Part shown: piece after piece, positions 47,001 through 57,049 of the stretch
Layout of the letters: each line of letters opens with the position of its first letter
Position numbering within the stretch: position 1 is the first letter of the stretch
Assembly (NCBI GenBank): GCA_036277075.1
Contig: DASUNQ010000027.1
Location: 701-64,700, forward strand
Origin: Thermoanaerobaculia bacterium
Lineage (GTDB): Bacteria > Acidobacteriota > Thermoanaerobaculia > Multivoradales > UBA5704
Reading direction: 5' to 3'
Length of the DNA: 64,000 nt
The notes under the pieces: generated by a model
What the model was told of the DNA's origin: nothing
Database searches by the model: none
What the model saw: only the letters and a program-made list of their open reading frames with translations
Program-made: the position numbers and the translations under genes

Positions 47001-49496
47001 ATGGGCGTACAGTTGAGCGCCCTTTTGAGTCAACCCCTGCCTCGTCCCGCCGGGCTTCCCGCGCCCGATCCGCGCTGGCTCGCCGCCCTCGCCGAGGCCT
47101 CCCCCTTGCCCATGTTCGCCTCGCGCGACGGGCTGGTCTACGCCAGCGCCGCCTGGGAGGCGGTGACCGGCTGGCGGCCCGAGGAGCTGCTCGGGCACGC
47201 GCTCGCCGACTTCGCGCCTCCGGAGGCGGCCGAGCGGCTGCGCGACTGGGAGCGGCGGGTCGCGGCGGGCGAGGCGCCGCCGCCGCTCGAGACCCTCTTC
47301 CGCACCCGCGGCGGGGGATCCCTCCGGCTGGAGCTCCACGGCACCACGGTCGCGACCGAGGCGGGGACCTGCGCCCTGGGCGTGGCGCTCGCGGCCGGCG
47401 GGCGCCACGGTGAACCGGAGCCGGCGCGGGACGAGCACTGGTTCCGCGCCCTGGCCGAGACCACCGCCACCGCCGTCATCGTCTACGGCGCCGAGCGCAT
47501 CGTGTACGTCAATCAGGCCTGCGAGGCGCTGACCGGCTACTCGCAGGAAGAGCTCCTCGGGATGTCGGCGGTGGACCTCGCCCACCCCGACCACCAGGAG
47601 GTCACCCTGCAGCGGATGACCGCGCGCTTGCAAGGCGAGCCGGTCGCCAGCCGCTACGAGCTCAAGATCCGGACCAAGGACGGGAGCATCCGCTGGGTCG
47701 ACTACACCGCCGGGCTGGTGCCGCTCGGGGGCGAGGCCGTGGCCCTCGGCACGGCCTTCGACATCACCGAGCGCAAGCTCATCGAGCTCGCCCTGCGCGA
47801 GACCAACGAGCGGCTGGAGCAGGAGCGCGAGCGGGCGCAGGTCACGCTCGCCTCGATCGGCGACGGCGTCATCCGCACCGACGCCCGCGGGCTGATCGAC
47901 TACCTCAACCCGGTGGCCGAGCGGCTCACCGGCTGGCGCGCCGCGGAGGCGTGCGGCCAGCCGCTCGCCCGCATCTTCCAGGTCATCGACGAGGTGGCGC
48001 GCAAGCCCCTGCCCGACCCGGTCGAGCGCTGCCTGCGCGAGGGTCGCGTCGTGGAGCTGCCCGGGCCGGCGGTCCTGGTGCGCCGCGACGGGGTGGAGTT
48101 CGCGGTCCGCGACTCGGCGGCGCCGGTGCGCGACCGCGAGGGGCGGATCACCGGCAGCGTCGTCGTCTTCAAGGACGTCTCCGAGCTGCGCGGCATGGAA
48201 CGGCAGATGCGCTTCCTCGCCCGTCACGACCCGCTGACCGGCGTCCTCAACCGGCGCGAGCTCGAGCGCCGCCTGGAGCGGGCGATCGAGCTGGCGCAGG
48301 AGCGGGCGGGCGAGCACGCCCTGCTCTACGTCGACCTCGACGAGTTCAAGCTGGTCAACGACACCTGCGGCCACGTCGCCGGCGACGAGCTGCTCAAGCA
48401 GGTGGCCGCCGAGCTGGCCTCCCGCCTGCCCGCCGGCGGCATGCTGGCGCGGGTGGGCGGCGACGAGTTCGCCATGCTGCTCGAGGACACCGACGTCGGG
48501 CGGGCGCGCGCCGTCGCCGAGGACATCCGCGGCGATCTCGCCCGCTTCCGCTTCCGTTGGGAGGACCGCTCCTTCCGCCTCGGCGTTGCGCTCGGCCTGG
48601 TGCCGATCACCGCCGGCAGCGGCGGCTTGAACCAGGTCCTCTCGGCCGCCGACGCCGCCTGCTACGTGGCCAAGGAGCGGGGGGGCGACCGCATCCACGA
48701 GTGGCAGCCGGACGACACCCTGGTCGGCGAGCGCTACGGCGAGCTGCAGTGGATCCAGCGCATCCCCCGCGCCCTCGAGGACGGGAGCTTCGTCCTGTTC
48801 TGCCAGCCCATCCTGCCGCTCGGTCCGGGGGCGACCGAGCCCCTCTGCGAGATCCTGCTCCGGCTGCGGGACGCGGAGGGCCGGCTGGTGAGCCCCGCCG
48901 CCTTCATCCCGGCGGCCGAGCGCTACCGGCTGATCGGGGCCATCGACCGCTGGGTGGTGCACGCGGCGCTGACGGCGCTCGCCGCCGGTGCCGACGGCGG
49001 CGAGACGGCCACCTGCTACGCGATCAACCTCTCCGGCCAGTCGCTCGGCGACGAGGCCTTCCTCGAGCACGTGCTGGCGGAGCTCGAGGCGAGCGGCGTG
49101 CCGCCGGCCCGCCTCTGCTTCGAGGTCACCGAGACCGCCGCCGTCGCCAATCTGGCACGTGCCCAGCGCACGATCGCGGCGCTCAAGGGGCTGGGCTGCC
49201 GCTTCGTGCTCGACGACTTCGGCAGCGGCCTCTCCTCGTTCGCCTATTTGAAGAATCTGCCCGTGGATTTTCTGAAGATCGACGGCGAGTTCGTGCGCGG
49301 CATGAGCGCCGGCTCGGTCGAGCGGGCCCTGGTCGCCTCGATCAACCAGATCGGCCACGTCATGGGGATCCGCACCATCGCCGAGTCGGTCGAGGACGAC
49401 GAGACCCTGGAAGCGGTCCGCGCCCTCGGCATCGACTACGCCCAGGGCTTCGTCATTGCCCACCCGCAGCCACTTCCTCTGCCCTCGCGAAGCTAA
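47001..49496 (+). CDS. PAS/PAC-GGDEF-EAL signalling protein (c-di-GMP turnover), 831 aa
   Basis: Three PAS-like blocks. GGDEF domain (RVGGDEFAML with I-site RxxD context). EAL domain (EILLRLRD, QGF, DDFGSG, KIDGEF). Confidence 0.9.
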   Translation: MGVQLSALLSQPLPRPAGLPAPDPRWLAALAEASPLPMFASRDGLVYASAAWEAVTGWRPEELLGHALADFAPPEAAERLRDWERRVAAGEAPPPLETLFRTRGGGSLRLELHGTTVATEAGTCALGVALAAGGRHGEPEPARDEHWFRALAETTATAVIVYGAERIVYVNQACEALTGYSQEELLGMSAVDLAHPDHQEVTLQRMTARLQGEPVASRYELKIRTKDGSIRWVDYTAGLVPLGGEAVALGTAFDITERKLIELALRETNERLEQERERAQVTLASIGDGVIRTDARGLIDYLNPVAERLTGWRAAEACGQPLARIFQVIDEVARKPLPDPVERCLREGRVVELPGPAVLVRRDGVEFAVRDSAAPVRDREGRITGSVVVFKDVSELRGMERQMRFLARHDPLTGVLNRRELERRLERAIELAQERAGEHALLYVDLDEFKLVNDTCGHVAGDELLKQVAAELASRLPAGGMLARVGGDEFAMLLEDTDVGRARAVAEDIRGDLARFRFRWEDRSFRLGVALGLVPITAGSGGLNQVLSAADAACYVAKERGGDRIHEWQPDDTLVGERYGELQWIQRIPRALEDGSFVLFCQPILPLGPGATEPLCEILLRLRDAEGRLVSPAAFIPAAERYRLIGAIDRWVVHAALTALAAGADGGETATCYAINLSGQSLGDEAFLEHVLAELEASGVPPARLCFEVTETAAVANLARAQRTIAALKGLGCRFVLDDFGSGLSSFAYLKNLPVDFLKIDGEFVRGMSAGSVERALVASINQIGHVMGIRTIAESVEDDETLEAVRALGIDYAQGFVIAHPQPLPLPSRS

Positions 49497-49583
49497 AATA
49501 GAAGCGTCTCGAAGGTCTGCGAGCAGCCCCCGGTCGGGCTCGGTTCTTGCTTCTTCGCTCCCGAGTCCCTCCGTGGGGAAGGT

Positions 49584-51821
49584 ATGGCGACGGCGAGCAG
49601 AGCTCTTCCAGGCAAGCGTCTCGACGGTGACTCGATGGCCGAGATCCTCAACCTCCGGCGCCCGCCCCTGGCCTCCTCGACGCCGGGCGCGTCCGGCGGG
49701 CGCCTCCGCCGGCTCGCCGAGGCGACCCCGATGCTGCTCTGGACGACCGACCACGACCTGCGCTTCACCTCGTGTCCGCCGGCGCTCGAAGGGGGCCCGC
49801 GGCCCGGGGCCAGCATCGTCGACTTCTACGGCGCCGAGGACTGGGACGCGCCGCCGGTGCAGGCCCACCGGCGGGCCCTCGCCGGCGAGCCGGCCGAGTT
49901 CGAGCACCGCTGGCAGGGCCGGCTCCTGCGCTGCCACGTGGAGCCGCTGCGCGATCCGCTCGGGCAGGTGACCGGGACCGTCGGCGTCGCCCTCGACCTC
50001 ACCGAGCGGCTGCTGGCCGAGGAGGAGCTCTACCGCGAGAGCGAGCTCGCCGAGGTCACCCTCGCCTCGATCGGCGACGGCGTCATCCGCACCGACGCGG
50101 ACGGCACCGTCGACTACGTGAACCCGGTGGCCGAGCGGCTCACCGGCTGGTCGTCGGTCGAAGCGGTGGGCAAGCCGGTCGCCGAGGTCTTCAGCCTGTT
50201 CGACGAGATGACCCGCCGGCCGCTCGACGGCCCGGTCGAGCGCTGTCTCGAGGAGAACCGGGTGGTCGAGTCGCCGGGGCACGCCCTGCTCGTCCGTTCG
50301 GACGGCATGGAGTTCTCGGTGCGCGACTCGGCGGCGCCGATCCGCGACGGCGACGGGCGGCTCGTCGGCTCGGTGCTGGTGTTCAAGGACGTCACCCAGC
50401 TCCGCGGGCTCGAGCGCGAGATGATCTACCTCGCGAGCCACGACGCCCTCACCGGGCTGATCAACCGGCGCGAGTTCGAGTCGCGGCTCAAGCGCGCGCT
50501 GCGCAGCGCGCGCAACCAGCGCCGCATCCACGCCCTGCTCTACCTCGACCTCGACGAGTTCAAGGTCGTCAACGACACCTGCGGCCATCTGGCCGGCGAC
50601 GAGCTGCTCAAGCAGATCACCGCGCTGCTGCGCTCGCGGGTGCGGCGGATCGACACGCTGGCCCGGCTCGGCGGCGACGAGTTCGGCGTCCTGCTCGAGG
50701 ACTGCCCGCTGACCCAGGCGCGGCAGATCGCCGAGGAGCTGCGCGGCACGGTGCGCGAGTTCCGCTTCCGGTGGAAGGACCAGATCTTCGAGATCGGCGT
50801 CTCGATCGGCCTGGTGCCGATCAACGCCACGAGCGGCGACCTCGCGAACCTCCTGTCGGCCGCCGACGCCGCCTGCTACGTGGCCAAGGAGAAGGGGCGC
50901 AACCGCGTCCACGAGTACGAGGCGGACGATACGCTGGTGGCCGAGCGCTACGGCGAGATGCAGTGGATCCACCGCATCCACCGCGCCTTCGAGGACCGCC
51001 TCTTCCGCCTCTACTACCAGCCGATCCAGCCGATAGGCGCGAAGGCTTTCGCGCCGGGCTCCGGTCAATCCCTAGGAGTGCCGTCCGGCGCGCGGCAGCG
51101 CGACGGACTCCTAGGCGCGAAGGCTTCCGCGCCGGGCTCCGGTCATGGCCCGGGCGGCGGCCCCGAGATCCTCTGCGAGGTGCTGATCCGCATGCTCGAC
51201 GACCGCGGGCGGGTGCTCTCGCCGGCGGCCTTCATCTCGGCCGCCGAGCGCTACCACCTGATCGGCACGGTGGACCGCTGGGTGGTGCGGACGGCCCTGC
51301 GCGCCCTCGCCGAGGCGCAGCGGCGCGACTGCTCGAAGCGCCTGCTCTTCGCGATCAATCTCTCGGGACAATCGCTCTCCGACGACAGTTTCCTCGACTA
51401 CGTCGTCGGCCAGCTCGTCGAGAGCGGCGTCGACTCGCGGCGCATCTGCTTCGAGATCACCGAGACCGCGGCGATCAGCAAGCTCGACGGCGCCACCCGC
51501 TTCATCAAGGTGCTCAAGGAGATGGGCTGCCGGTTCGTGCTCGACGACTTCGGCAGCGGCCTCTCCTCCTTCGCCTACCTGCGCGACCTGCCGGTCGACT
51601 TCCTGAAGATCGACGGCGAGTTCGTCAAGAACATGGTGGAGGACCCGGTCAAGCGCGCCCTCGTCGAGTCGATCAACCAGATCGGCCACGTCATCGGCGT
51701 GCTGACGATCGCCGAATGGGTGGAGAACCGCGCCACCCTCGACGCCCTCAAGCAGATCGGCGTCGATTACGCTCAGGGCTACTGGATCGCCAAGCCCCAG
51801 CCGCTGGTGCACGAGCTGTAG
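49584..51821 (+). CDS. PAS/PAC-GGDEF-EAL signalling protein, tandem paralog, 745 aa
   Basis: Collinear with 47001..49496 (RLGGDEFGVLLED, DDFGSGLSSFAYL, KIDGEFV). It carries an extra roughly 35-aa insertion before the EAL motif, encoded by a hairpin-rich 78-bp tandem duplication. Confidence 0.9.
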   Translation: MATASRALPGKRLDGDSMAEILNLRRPPLASSTPGASGGRLRRLAEATPMLLWTTDHDLRFTSCPPALEGGPRPGASIVDFYGAEDWDAPPVQAHRRALAGEPAEFEHRWQGRLLRCHVEPLRDPLGQVTGTVGVALDLTERLLAEEELYRESELAEVTLASIGDGVIRTDADGTVDYVNPVAERLTGWSSVEAVGKPVAEVFSLFDEMTRRPLDGPVERCLEENRVVESPGHALLVRSDGMEFSVRDSAAPIRDGDGRLVGSVLVFKDVTQLRGLEREMIYLASHDALTGLINRREFESRLKRALRSARNQRRIHALLYLDLDEFKVVNDTCGHLAGDELLKQITALLRSRVRRIDTLARLGGDEFGVLLEDCPLTQARQIAEELRGTVREFRFRWKDQIFEIGVSIGLVPINATSGDLANLLSAADAACYVAKEKGRNRVHEYEADDTLVAERYGEMQWIHRIHRAFEDRLFRLYYQPIQPIGAKAFAPGSGQSLGVPSGARQRDGLLGAKASAPGSGHGPGGGPEILCEVLIRMLDDRGRVLSPAAFISAAERYHLIGTVDRWVVRTALRALAEAQRRDCSKRLLFAINLSGQSLSDDSFLDYVVGQLVESGVDSRRICFEITETAAISKLDGATRFIKVLKEMGCRFVLDDFGSGLSSFAYLRDLPVDFLKIDGEFVKNMVEDPVKRALVESINQIGHVIGVLTIAEWVENRATLDALKQIGVDYAQGYWIAKPQPLVHEL
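51036..51145 (+). repeat. In-frame 78-bp tandem duplication (about 1.4 copies) with internal hairpins inside the EAL-domain coding region
   Basis: GGCGCGAAGGCTTTCGCGCCGGGCTCCGGTCA at 51036-51067 and GGCGCGAAGGCTTCCGCGCCGGGCTCCGGTCA at 51114-51145. Each contains the palindrome GGCGCGAA..TTCGCGCC. The spacer CCTAGGAGTGCCGTCC...GGACGGACTCCTAGG is itself palindromic. There are no stop codons and the period is 26 codons. Confidence 0.55.
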
Positions 51822-51835
51822 GGCGGCGCGCTTGA

Positions 51836-53452
51836 CTAGGCCTTGACGGTCCGCGGGCCCGCCGCCCGCACTCCTTCGCTCACGCCCCCCTCGAATTTCT
51901 CGAAGTTCTCGGCGAAGAGGTCGGCGAGGTGCGCTGCCTTCTCGTCGTAGTCGGCGGGATTGGCCCAGGTCTCGCGCGGGCGGAGGAGCGTGTCGGGGAC
52001 GCCTTCGACGTGCTCGGGGACGGCGAGGCCGAAGAGCGGGTCGGTGCAGGTCGCGGCGCCGTGGAGCTCGCCGCCGAGCGCGGCGTGCACCATGCGGCGG
52101 GTGTAGGCGAGCTTGATGCGGCTGCCGACGCCGTAGGGGCCGCCGCTCCAGCCGGTGTTGACCAGCCAGACGCGGGTGCCGTGCCGCTCGAGCTTCTCGC
52201 CCAGCATGCGGGCGTAGACGCCGGGGTGGAGCGGCATGAAGGGGGCGCCGAAGCAGGCGCTGAAGGTGACCTTGGGCTCGGTGATGCCGCGCTCGGTGCC
52301 GGCGACCTTGGCGGTGTAGCCGGAGAGGAAGTGGTACATCGCCTGCTCGAAGGAGAGGCGGGCGATCGGCGGCAGGACGCCGAAGGCGTCGCAGGTCAGG
52401 AAGACGACGTTCTTCGGCTGCCCGGCGCGCCCGCCCAGGTCGACGCGCTCGAGCTGGTCGAGGGGATAGCTGCCGCGAGTGTTCTCGGTCAGGCGCTCGT
52501 CGTCGAGGTCGAGCCGGCGGGTGTCGGGGTCGATGACGACGTTCTCGAGGATCGTGCCGAAGCGTTTCGTCGTGGCGTAGATCTCCGGCTCGCTTGCGGC
52601 GGAGAGGCGGATCATCTTCGCGTAGCAGCCGCCCTCGAGGTTGAAGATGCCGTCGCCGGTCCAGGCGTGCTCGTCGTCGCCGATCAGGGTGCGCTCGGGG
52701 TCTGAGGAGAGGGTCGTCTTGCCGGTGCCGGAGAGGCCGAAGAACAGCGCCACGTCGTCGCGGCCGGCGCCGTAGTTGGCGCTGCAATGCATGGGGAAGA
52801 CCCCCTGCTTGGGCAGCAGGTAGTTCATGACGCTGAAGATGCTCTTCTTGATCTCGCCGGCGTAGGCGGTGCCGCCGATGAGCACGATGCGGCGCGCGAA
52901 GTTGAGCAGGATGAAAGTCGGGCTGGCGGTGCCGTCGCGCCCCGGCTCGGCTTCGAAGCTCGCCGCGTCGAGAACGGTGAAGCCGGGCTCGAAGGCCTCG
53001 AGCGCCGCACCGTCGCTCTCGCGCACGAACATGTTGCGCGCGAACAGGCCGTGCCACGCCTTCTCGGTCACCACCCGCACCCCGAGCCGGTAGCGCGGAT
53101 CGGCCCCGGCCCAGCCGTCGAAGACGAAGAGGTCGCGGTCGCGCCAGTGGCCGCGCACGCGATCGAGCAGAGCGTCGAAACGCTCGGGCTCGAACGGCTT
53201 GTTGACGCTCCCCCACCAGACGTCGCCGGTGGTGCCCGGGTCGCGCACGACGAAGCGGTCGTTCGGCGAGCGGCCGGTGTGGCTGCCGGTCGAGGCGGCG
53301 AGCGGCCCGTCCGCGGCGATCAGCGCCTCGCCGCGCTTGACCGCCTGCTCGTAGAGCGCGGCTCCCGGCAGGTTCCAGTAGGCCCGGCGCGCGCCGTCGA
53401 TGCCGTGCCGCTCCAGGCCGAAGGTGCTGACGAAGGGTCCCTCGTTGTGCAT
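51836..53452 (-). CDS. pckA: Phosphoenolpyruvate carboxykinase (ATP), 538 aa
   Basis: Kinase-1a motif [13 protein letters not shown], and PEPCK-specific blocks ([31 protein letters not shown]). Confidence 0.9.
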   Translation of the reverse strand: MHNEGPFVSTFGLERHGIDGARRAYWNLPGAALYEQAVKRGEALIAADGPLAASTGSHTGRSPNDRFVVRDPGTTGDVWWGSVNKPFEPERFDALLDRVRGHWRDRDLFVFDGWAGADPRYRLGVRVVTEKAWHGLFARNMFVRESDGAALEAFEPGFTVLDAASFEAEPGRDGTASPTFILLNFARRIVLIGGTAYAGEIKKSIFSVMNYLLPKQGVFPMHCSANYGAGRDDVALFFGLSGTGKTTLSSDPERTLIGDDEHAWTGDGIFNLEGGCYAKMIRLSAASEPEIYATTKRFGTILENVVIDPDTRRLDLDDERLTENTRGSYPLDQLERVDLGGRAGQPKNVVFLTCDAFGVLPPIARLSFEQAMYHFLSGYTAKVAGTERGITEPKVTFSACFGAPFMPLHPGVYARMLGEKLERHGTRVWLVNTGWSGGPYGVGSRIKLAYTRRMVHAALGGELHGAATCTDPLFGLAVPEHVEGVPDTLLRPRETWANPADYDEKAAHLADLFAENFEKFEGGVSEGVRAAGPRTVKA

Positions 53453-53482
53453 GGCAAGCCCCCGACGATCGTAGCAAAGGCC

Positions 53483-54805
53483 TCAGCGGCCCCGGGTCAG
53501 GTACTCGGCGACGAGCCGCGCCATCGCCCGGATGCCCACCGGCACGGCGCTGTCGTCGGCGCGGAAGTCGGGCGTGTGCAGGCCCCCCGAGGTCGTCCCC
53601 GGCGCCAGGGTGCCGAGCCGGAAGTAGAACCCCGGCACCTCGTTGGCGAAGTAGGCGAAGTCCTCGCCCCCCATCGTCGGCGGCGAGGCGACGACGTTCT
53701 CCTCGCCCACCGCGCGCGCCAGGACCGGCCGCGCCCAGGCGGCGAGCTCGGGGTCGTTCACCGTCGCCGGCGCGTTCTGCCGGTAGTCCAGCTCGTACGC
53801 GCCGCCGAAGGCGCGGGCGACGCCGTCGAGGATCTCGCGCATGCGCCGCTCCACGTCGCGCCGCACCTCCTCCTTGTAGGTGCGCACCGTCCCCTCGAGG
53901 TGGACTGCGCCGGGGATGATGTTGAAGCGCTCGCCGCCGCGGATGATGCCGACGGTGACGACGCTCGGCTCGAGCGCCGGCAGGGTGCGCGAGCGGATCG
54001 TCTGGAAGGCGGTCACCGCCTGGGCCGCCATGACGATCGGGTCGATACCCAGGTGCGGGTAGGCGCCGTGCGATTGCTTGCCGCGCACGGTGACGAGGAA
54101 GTGGTCGACGGCGGCGTAGGTCGGGCCGGAGGTCCAGCCGACCTTGCCGACGGAGGGTTGGCCGGGTGCGCCGTCGGAGAGCTCCGGGAAGGAGTGGAGG
54201 GCGAAGATCGCGTCCGGCTGCGGATCGGCGAGCGCGCCGGCGCGCAGCATTGCGAGCGCTCCGGTCACCTCGCCGGGCGGCGGCCCCTCCTCCGCCGGTT
54301 GGAAGAGGAACTTGACCGTCCCGGGGAGGTCTTCGCGCACCGCGGCGAGCGCGGAGGCGACGCCGAGCCCCACCGCGGTGTGAACGTCGTGGCCGCAGGC
54401 GTGGGCGATCCCCACCTCCTGCCCGGCCCAGGTGCCGCGCTTGGTCGAGCGGAACGGGAGGTCGGTCTGCTCGACGACCGGCAGCGCGTCCATGTCGGCG
54501 CGCACCGCCACGACCGGTCCGGGCCGCCCGCCGCGCAGGACGGCGACGACGCCGGTGTGCGCGATGCCGGTCGCGACCTCGAGGCCGAGCCCGCGCAGGT
54601 GCTCGGCGACGAGCTTCGCGGTCTCCGTCTCCTGGTAACCCAGCTCCGGGTTCTGGTGGAGGCGGTGGCGGATCTCGACGGCGCGCGGCGCCGCCGCGGC
54701 GACCGCCTGGTCGAGCGCGGCGAGGAGCGCGGCGGAATCGTCTTGCGCGGCGGCGGGCGCGCAGGCGAGGAGCGGCAGGAGGACGAGGAGCGGGCGGGCG
54801 TGCAT
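53483..54805 (-). CDS. M20-family amidohydrolase (peptidase M20D, N-acyl-amino-acid / hippurate hydrolase-like), about 440 aa
   Basis: Signal peptide. The metal-ligand blocks are typical of M20D (HACGHDVH, FQPAEEG, HTPDF). The internal ATG (MHARPLLVLL) is chosen as the start, 53 bp from the divergent gene. Confidence 0.8.
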   Translation of the reverse strand: MHARPLLVLLPLLACAPAAAQDDSAALLAALDQAVAAAAPRAVEIRHRLHQNPELGYQETETAKLVAEHLRGLGLEVATGIAHTGVVAVLRGGRPGPVVAVRADMDALPVVEQTDLPFRSTKRGTWAGQEVGIAHACGHDVHTAVGLGVASALAAVREDLPGTVKFLFQPAEEGPPPGEVTGALAMLRAGALADPQPDAIFALHSFPELSDGAPGQPSVGKVGWTSGPTYAAVDHFLVTVRGKQSHGAYPHLGIDPIVMAAQAVTAFQTIRSRTLPALEPSVVTVGIIRGGERFNIIPGAVHLEGTVRTYKEEVRRDVERRMREILDGVARAFGGAYELDYRQNAPATVNDPELAAWARPVLARAVGEENVVASPPTMGGEDFAYFANEVPGFYFRLGTLAPGTTSGGLHTPDFRADDSAVPVGIRAMARLVAEYLTRGR

Positions 54806-54858
54806 GCGGCGACCTCCGGAGCCCGCGGAGTCTACACCGGCGGGTACAATCGCCCGCC

Positions 54859-56484
54859 GTGAACCTCGCGCAGCGCAAGGTGCTGGTCCTCGGCGGCTAC
54901 GGGCTCGTCGGCACGGCGGTCTGCCGCGAGCTCCTGCCGCGCGCGCCGCGCGAGATCCAGATCCACAGCTTGCGCCTCGAGGAGTCCGAGGCCGCGCGCC
55001 GCGAGCTCGAGCGCGAGGCCGGGCCGACGGTGCTCTCGGTGTCCGCCGGCGACATCTTCGGTCTGGTGGACCGCGGCGACCGCCGCGCCCAGATCGCGGC
55101 ACAGCTCGCGCCGCTCGCCGACGGCGACCTCCCCACGTTCCTCCTCTACCGCCTGCTCACCGAGTCGCGCCCGGACGTCGTCATCGACTGCGTCAACACC
55201 GCCACCGGCATCGCCTACCGCGACATCTTCCGCTCCGCCGAGGCGCTGTCGCGCGAGCTGGAACGGGGGGAGGTGTCGGACGACGGCGTCGAGGGTCTCC
55301 TCGAATCGCTCTACATGCCGCGCTTGATCCGCCACGTCCAGGTGATGTACCGCGGCATGGCCGACGCGGCCACCCGGGTCTACGTCAAGGTGGGGACGAC
55401 CGGCACCGGCGGCATGGGGCTCAACATCCCCTACACGCACTCGGAGGAGCGGCCGAGCCGAATGCTGCTGTCCAAGAGCGCCCTCGCCGGCGCGCATTCG
55501 ATGCTGCTCTTCCTGATGGCGCGCACTCCGGGGGCGCCGATCACCAAGGAGATCAAGCCGGCGGCCGCCATCGCCTGGAAGCGGATCGGCTTCGGGCCCA
55601 TCCGGCGCGGCCGCGAGACGATCCGTCTGGTCGACGCGCGGCCGCGGCCGCTCCCCGCGCGCTTCTCGACCTGCGATCCCGCGGCCGCGGCCCTGCGCGA
55701 GGAGGAGCTCGAGAGCGTCTTCATCGACACCGGCGAGAACGGCCTCTTCAGCCTCGAGGAGTTCTCCGCCCTGACCACCGCCGACCAGATGGAGTTCGTG
55801 ACGCCCGAGGAGATCGCGAGCTACCTGGTGTTCGAGATCGAGGGGCGCAACACCGGCCACGACATCGTCAACGCCCTCGACAACGCGGTGCTCGGGCCGA
55901 CCTACCGCGCCGGCCTGCTGCGCCACTGGGCGCTCGAGCGGATGGTCGAGCTCGAACGCGCGCACGGCGTCCACAGCGTGGCGTTCGAGATGCTGGGGCC
56001 GCCGCGGCTGACCAAGCTCCTCCACGAGGCGCACCTGCTGCGGCTCGCCTTCGGCTCGATGCGCGCGGTGCGCGAGGCCGCGCCCGAGGCCGTGCGCGAC
56101 CGGCTCGACCGCCTGGTGCGCGAGGACCGCGAGGAGGCCAACCGCGTGGCGGCGGTGGGGATCCCGATCCTCCTCGACTCCGGCGAGCTGATCCGCGGTC
56201 CCCGGGTGATCGTGCCCGGCGGCGCCGTCGAGGTGCCGGTAACGCCCGAGCGGCTGGAAGGTTGGGTGAGCGACGGCTGGGTGGACCTGCGCCTCGCCAA
56301 CTGCGCGCGCTGGATCGAGCGCTGCCGCCGGGTCCACGCCGAGGTCGAGGCCATCGCGGAGGAGGACACCTCGAGCCGCCACATGCGCGACCGCCGCTTC
56401 TGGGACGAGGAGGCCAGCCTGCAGCCGGGGAAGCTCGTGGGCTGGGTGCTCTCCGTCGAGGAGAAGGGGCTGCGGCTCAAGTGA
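54859..56484 (+). CDS. NAD(P)-binding Rossmann-fold protein (saccharopine-dehydrogenase-like N-terminal domain), 541 aa
   Basis: N-terminal VLVLGGYGLVGTAV dinucleotide-binding motif. No further function is recognised. Confidence 0.65.
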   Translation: MNLAQRKVLVLGGYGLVGTAVCRELLPRAPREIQIHSLRLEESEAARRELEREAGPTVLSVSAGDIFGLVDRGDRRAQIAAQLAPLADGDLPTFLLYRLLTESRPDVVIDCVNTATGIAYRDIFRSAEALSRELERGEVSDDGVEGLLESLYMPRLIRHVQVMYRGMADAATRVYVKVGTTGTGGMGLNIPYTHSEERPSRMLLSKSALAGAHSMLLFLMARTPGAPITKEIKPAAAIAWKRIGFGPIRRGRETIRLVDARPRPLPARFSTCDPAAAALREEELESVFIDTGENGLFSLEEFSALTTADQMEFVTPEEIASYLVFEIEGRNTGHDIVNALDNAVLGPTYRAGLLRHWALERMVELERAHGVHSVAFEMLGPPRLTKLLHEAHLLRLAFGSMRAVREAAPEAVRDRLDRLVREDREEANRVAAVGIPILLDSGELIRGPRVIVPGGAVEVPVTPERLEGWVSDGWVDLRLANCARWIERCRRVHAEVEAIAEEDTSSRHMRDRRFWDEEASLQPGKLVGWVLSVEEKGLRLK

Positions 56485-56584
56485 GCCGCGGCGCCGGGGG
56501 TTGCGCTTTCGGCGTTTTCGCTGTATCCTTCGGTCAACTCGTGCACGCTGGTTGGTGCGCGAGGGTTCCGGCGACACCGTGAAA

Positions 56585-56616
56585 GGCTGGCGTCCGACGC
56601 CGGCCTTTTTTGTTGT
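56585..56616 (+). terminator. Rho-independent terminator downstream of 54859..56484
   Basis: GGCTGGCGTCCGACGCCGGCC stem followed by TTTTTTGTTGT. Confidence 0.55.
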
Positions 56617-56758
56617 CCGGAACCGAGCGGTGAACGGCGGGTGCCGTGCGCTGCTGTAGCAGGCCCATCGTGAGGGCTCGATCACGAACGACAAGGGGGC
56701 CGGACGGCGCGGCAGAGTCCGCAAAGCCGGCTCCGCAATGCAAGGAACAAGGTGAGTT

Positions 56759-56968
56759 ATGCGTACGACCGGCAAAGTGAAGTGGTTCAACGACGCCAAG
56801 GGGTTCGGCTTCATCACCCCCGAGAACGGCCAGAAGGACTGCTTCGTCCACCACTCGGCGATCAAGGCCGACGGATTCAAGAGTCTCGCCGAGGGTGACC
56901 GCGTCGAGTTCGACATCGTCGAGGGGCAGAAAGGCCCCGCGGCGGAGAACGTCGTCAAGCTCGGCTAA
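56759..56968 (+). CDS. cspA: Cold-shock protein CspA family, 69 aa
   Basis: [14 protein letters not shown] (RNP1) and DCFVHHSAI (RNP2). A roughly 140-nt leader lies between the upstream terminator and the ATG, as is typical for csp genes. Confidence 0.9.
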   Translation: MRTTGKVKWFNDAKGFGFITPENGQKDCFVHHSAIKADGFKSLAEGDRVEFDIVEGQKGPAAENVVKLG

Positions 56969-56992
56969 TCCCCCGCTCGACAGCGTTGTCGG

Positions 56993-57033
56993 AGGCCGGC
57001 CCGCCGTGAGGCGCGCCGGCCTTTTCGTTTTCA
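56993..57033. terminator. Bidirectional Rho-independent terminator between cspA and the convergent tricorn gene
   Basis: AGGCCGGCCCGCCGTGAGGCGCGCCGGCCT hairpin followed by TTTTCGTTTTC. On the other strand the stem is followed by an A-run for the convergent gene. Confidence 0.5.
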
Positions 57034-57049
57034 GGCGCCTCGCCCGCGC

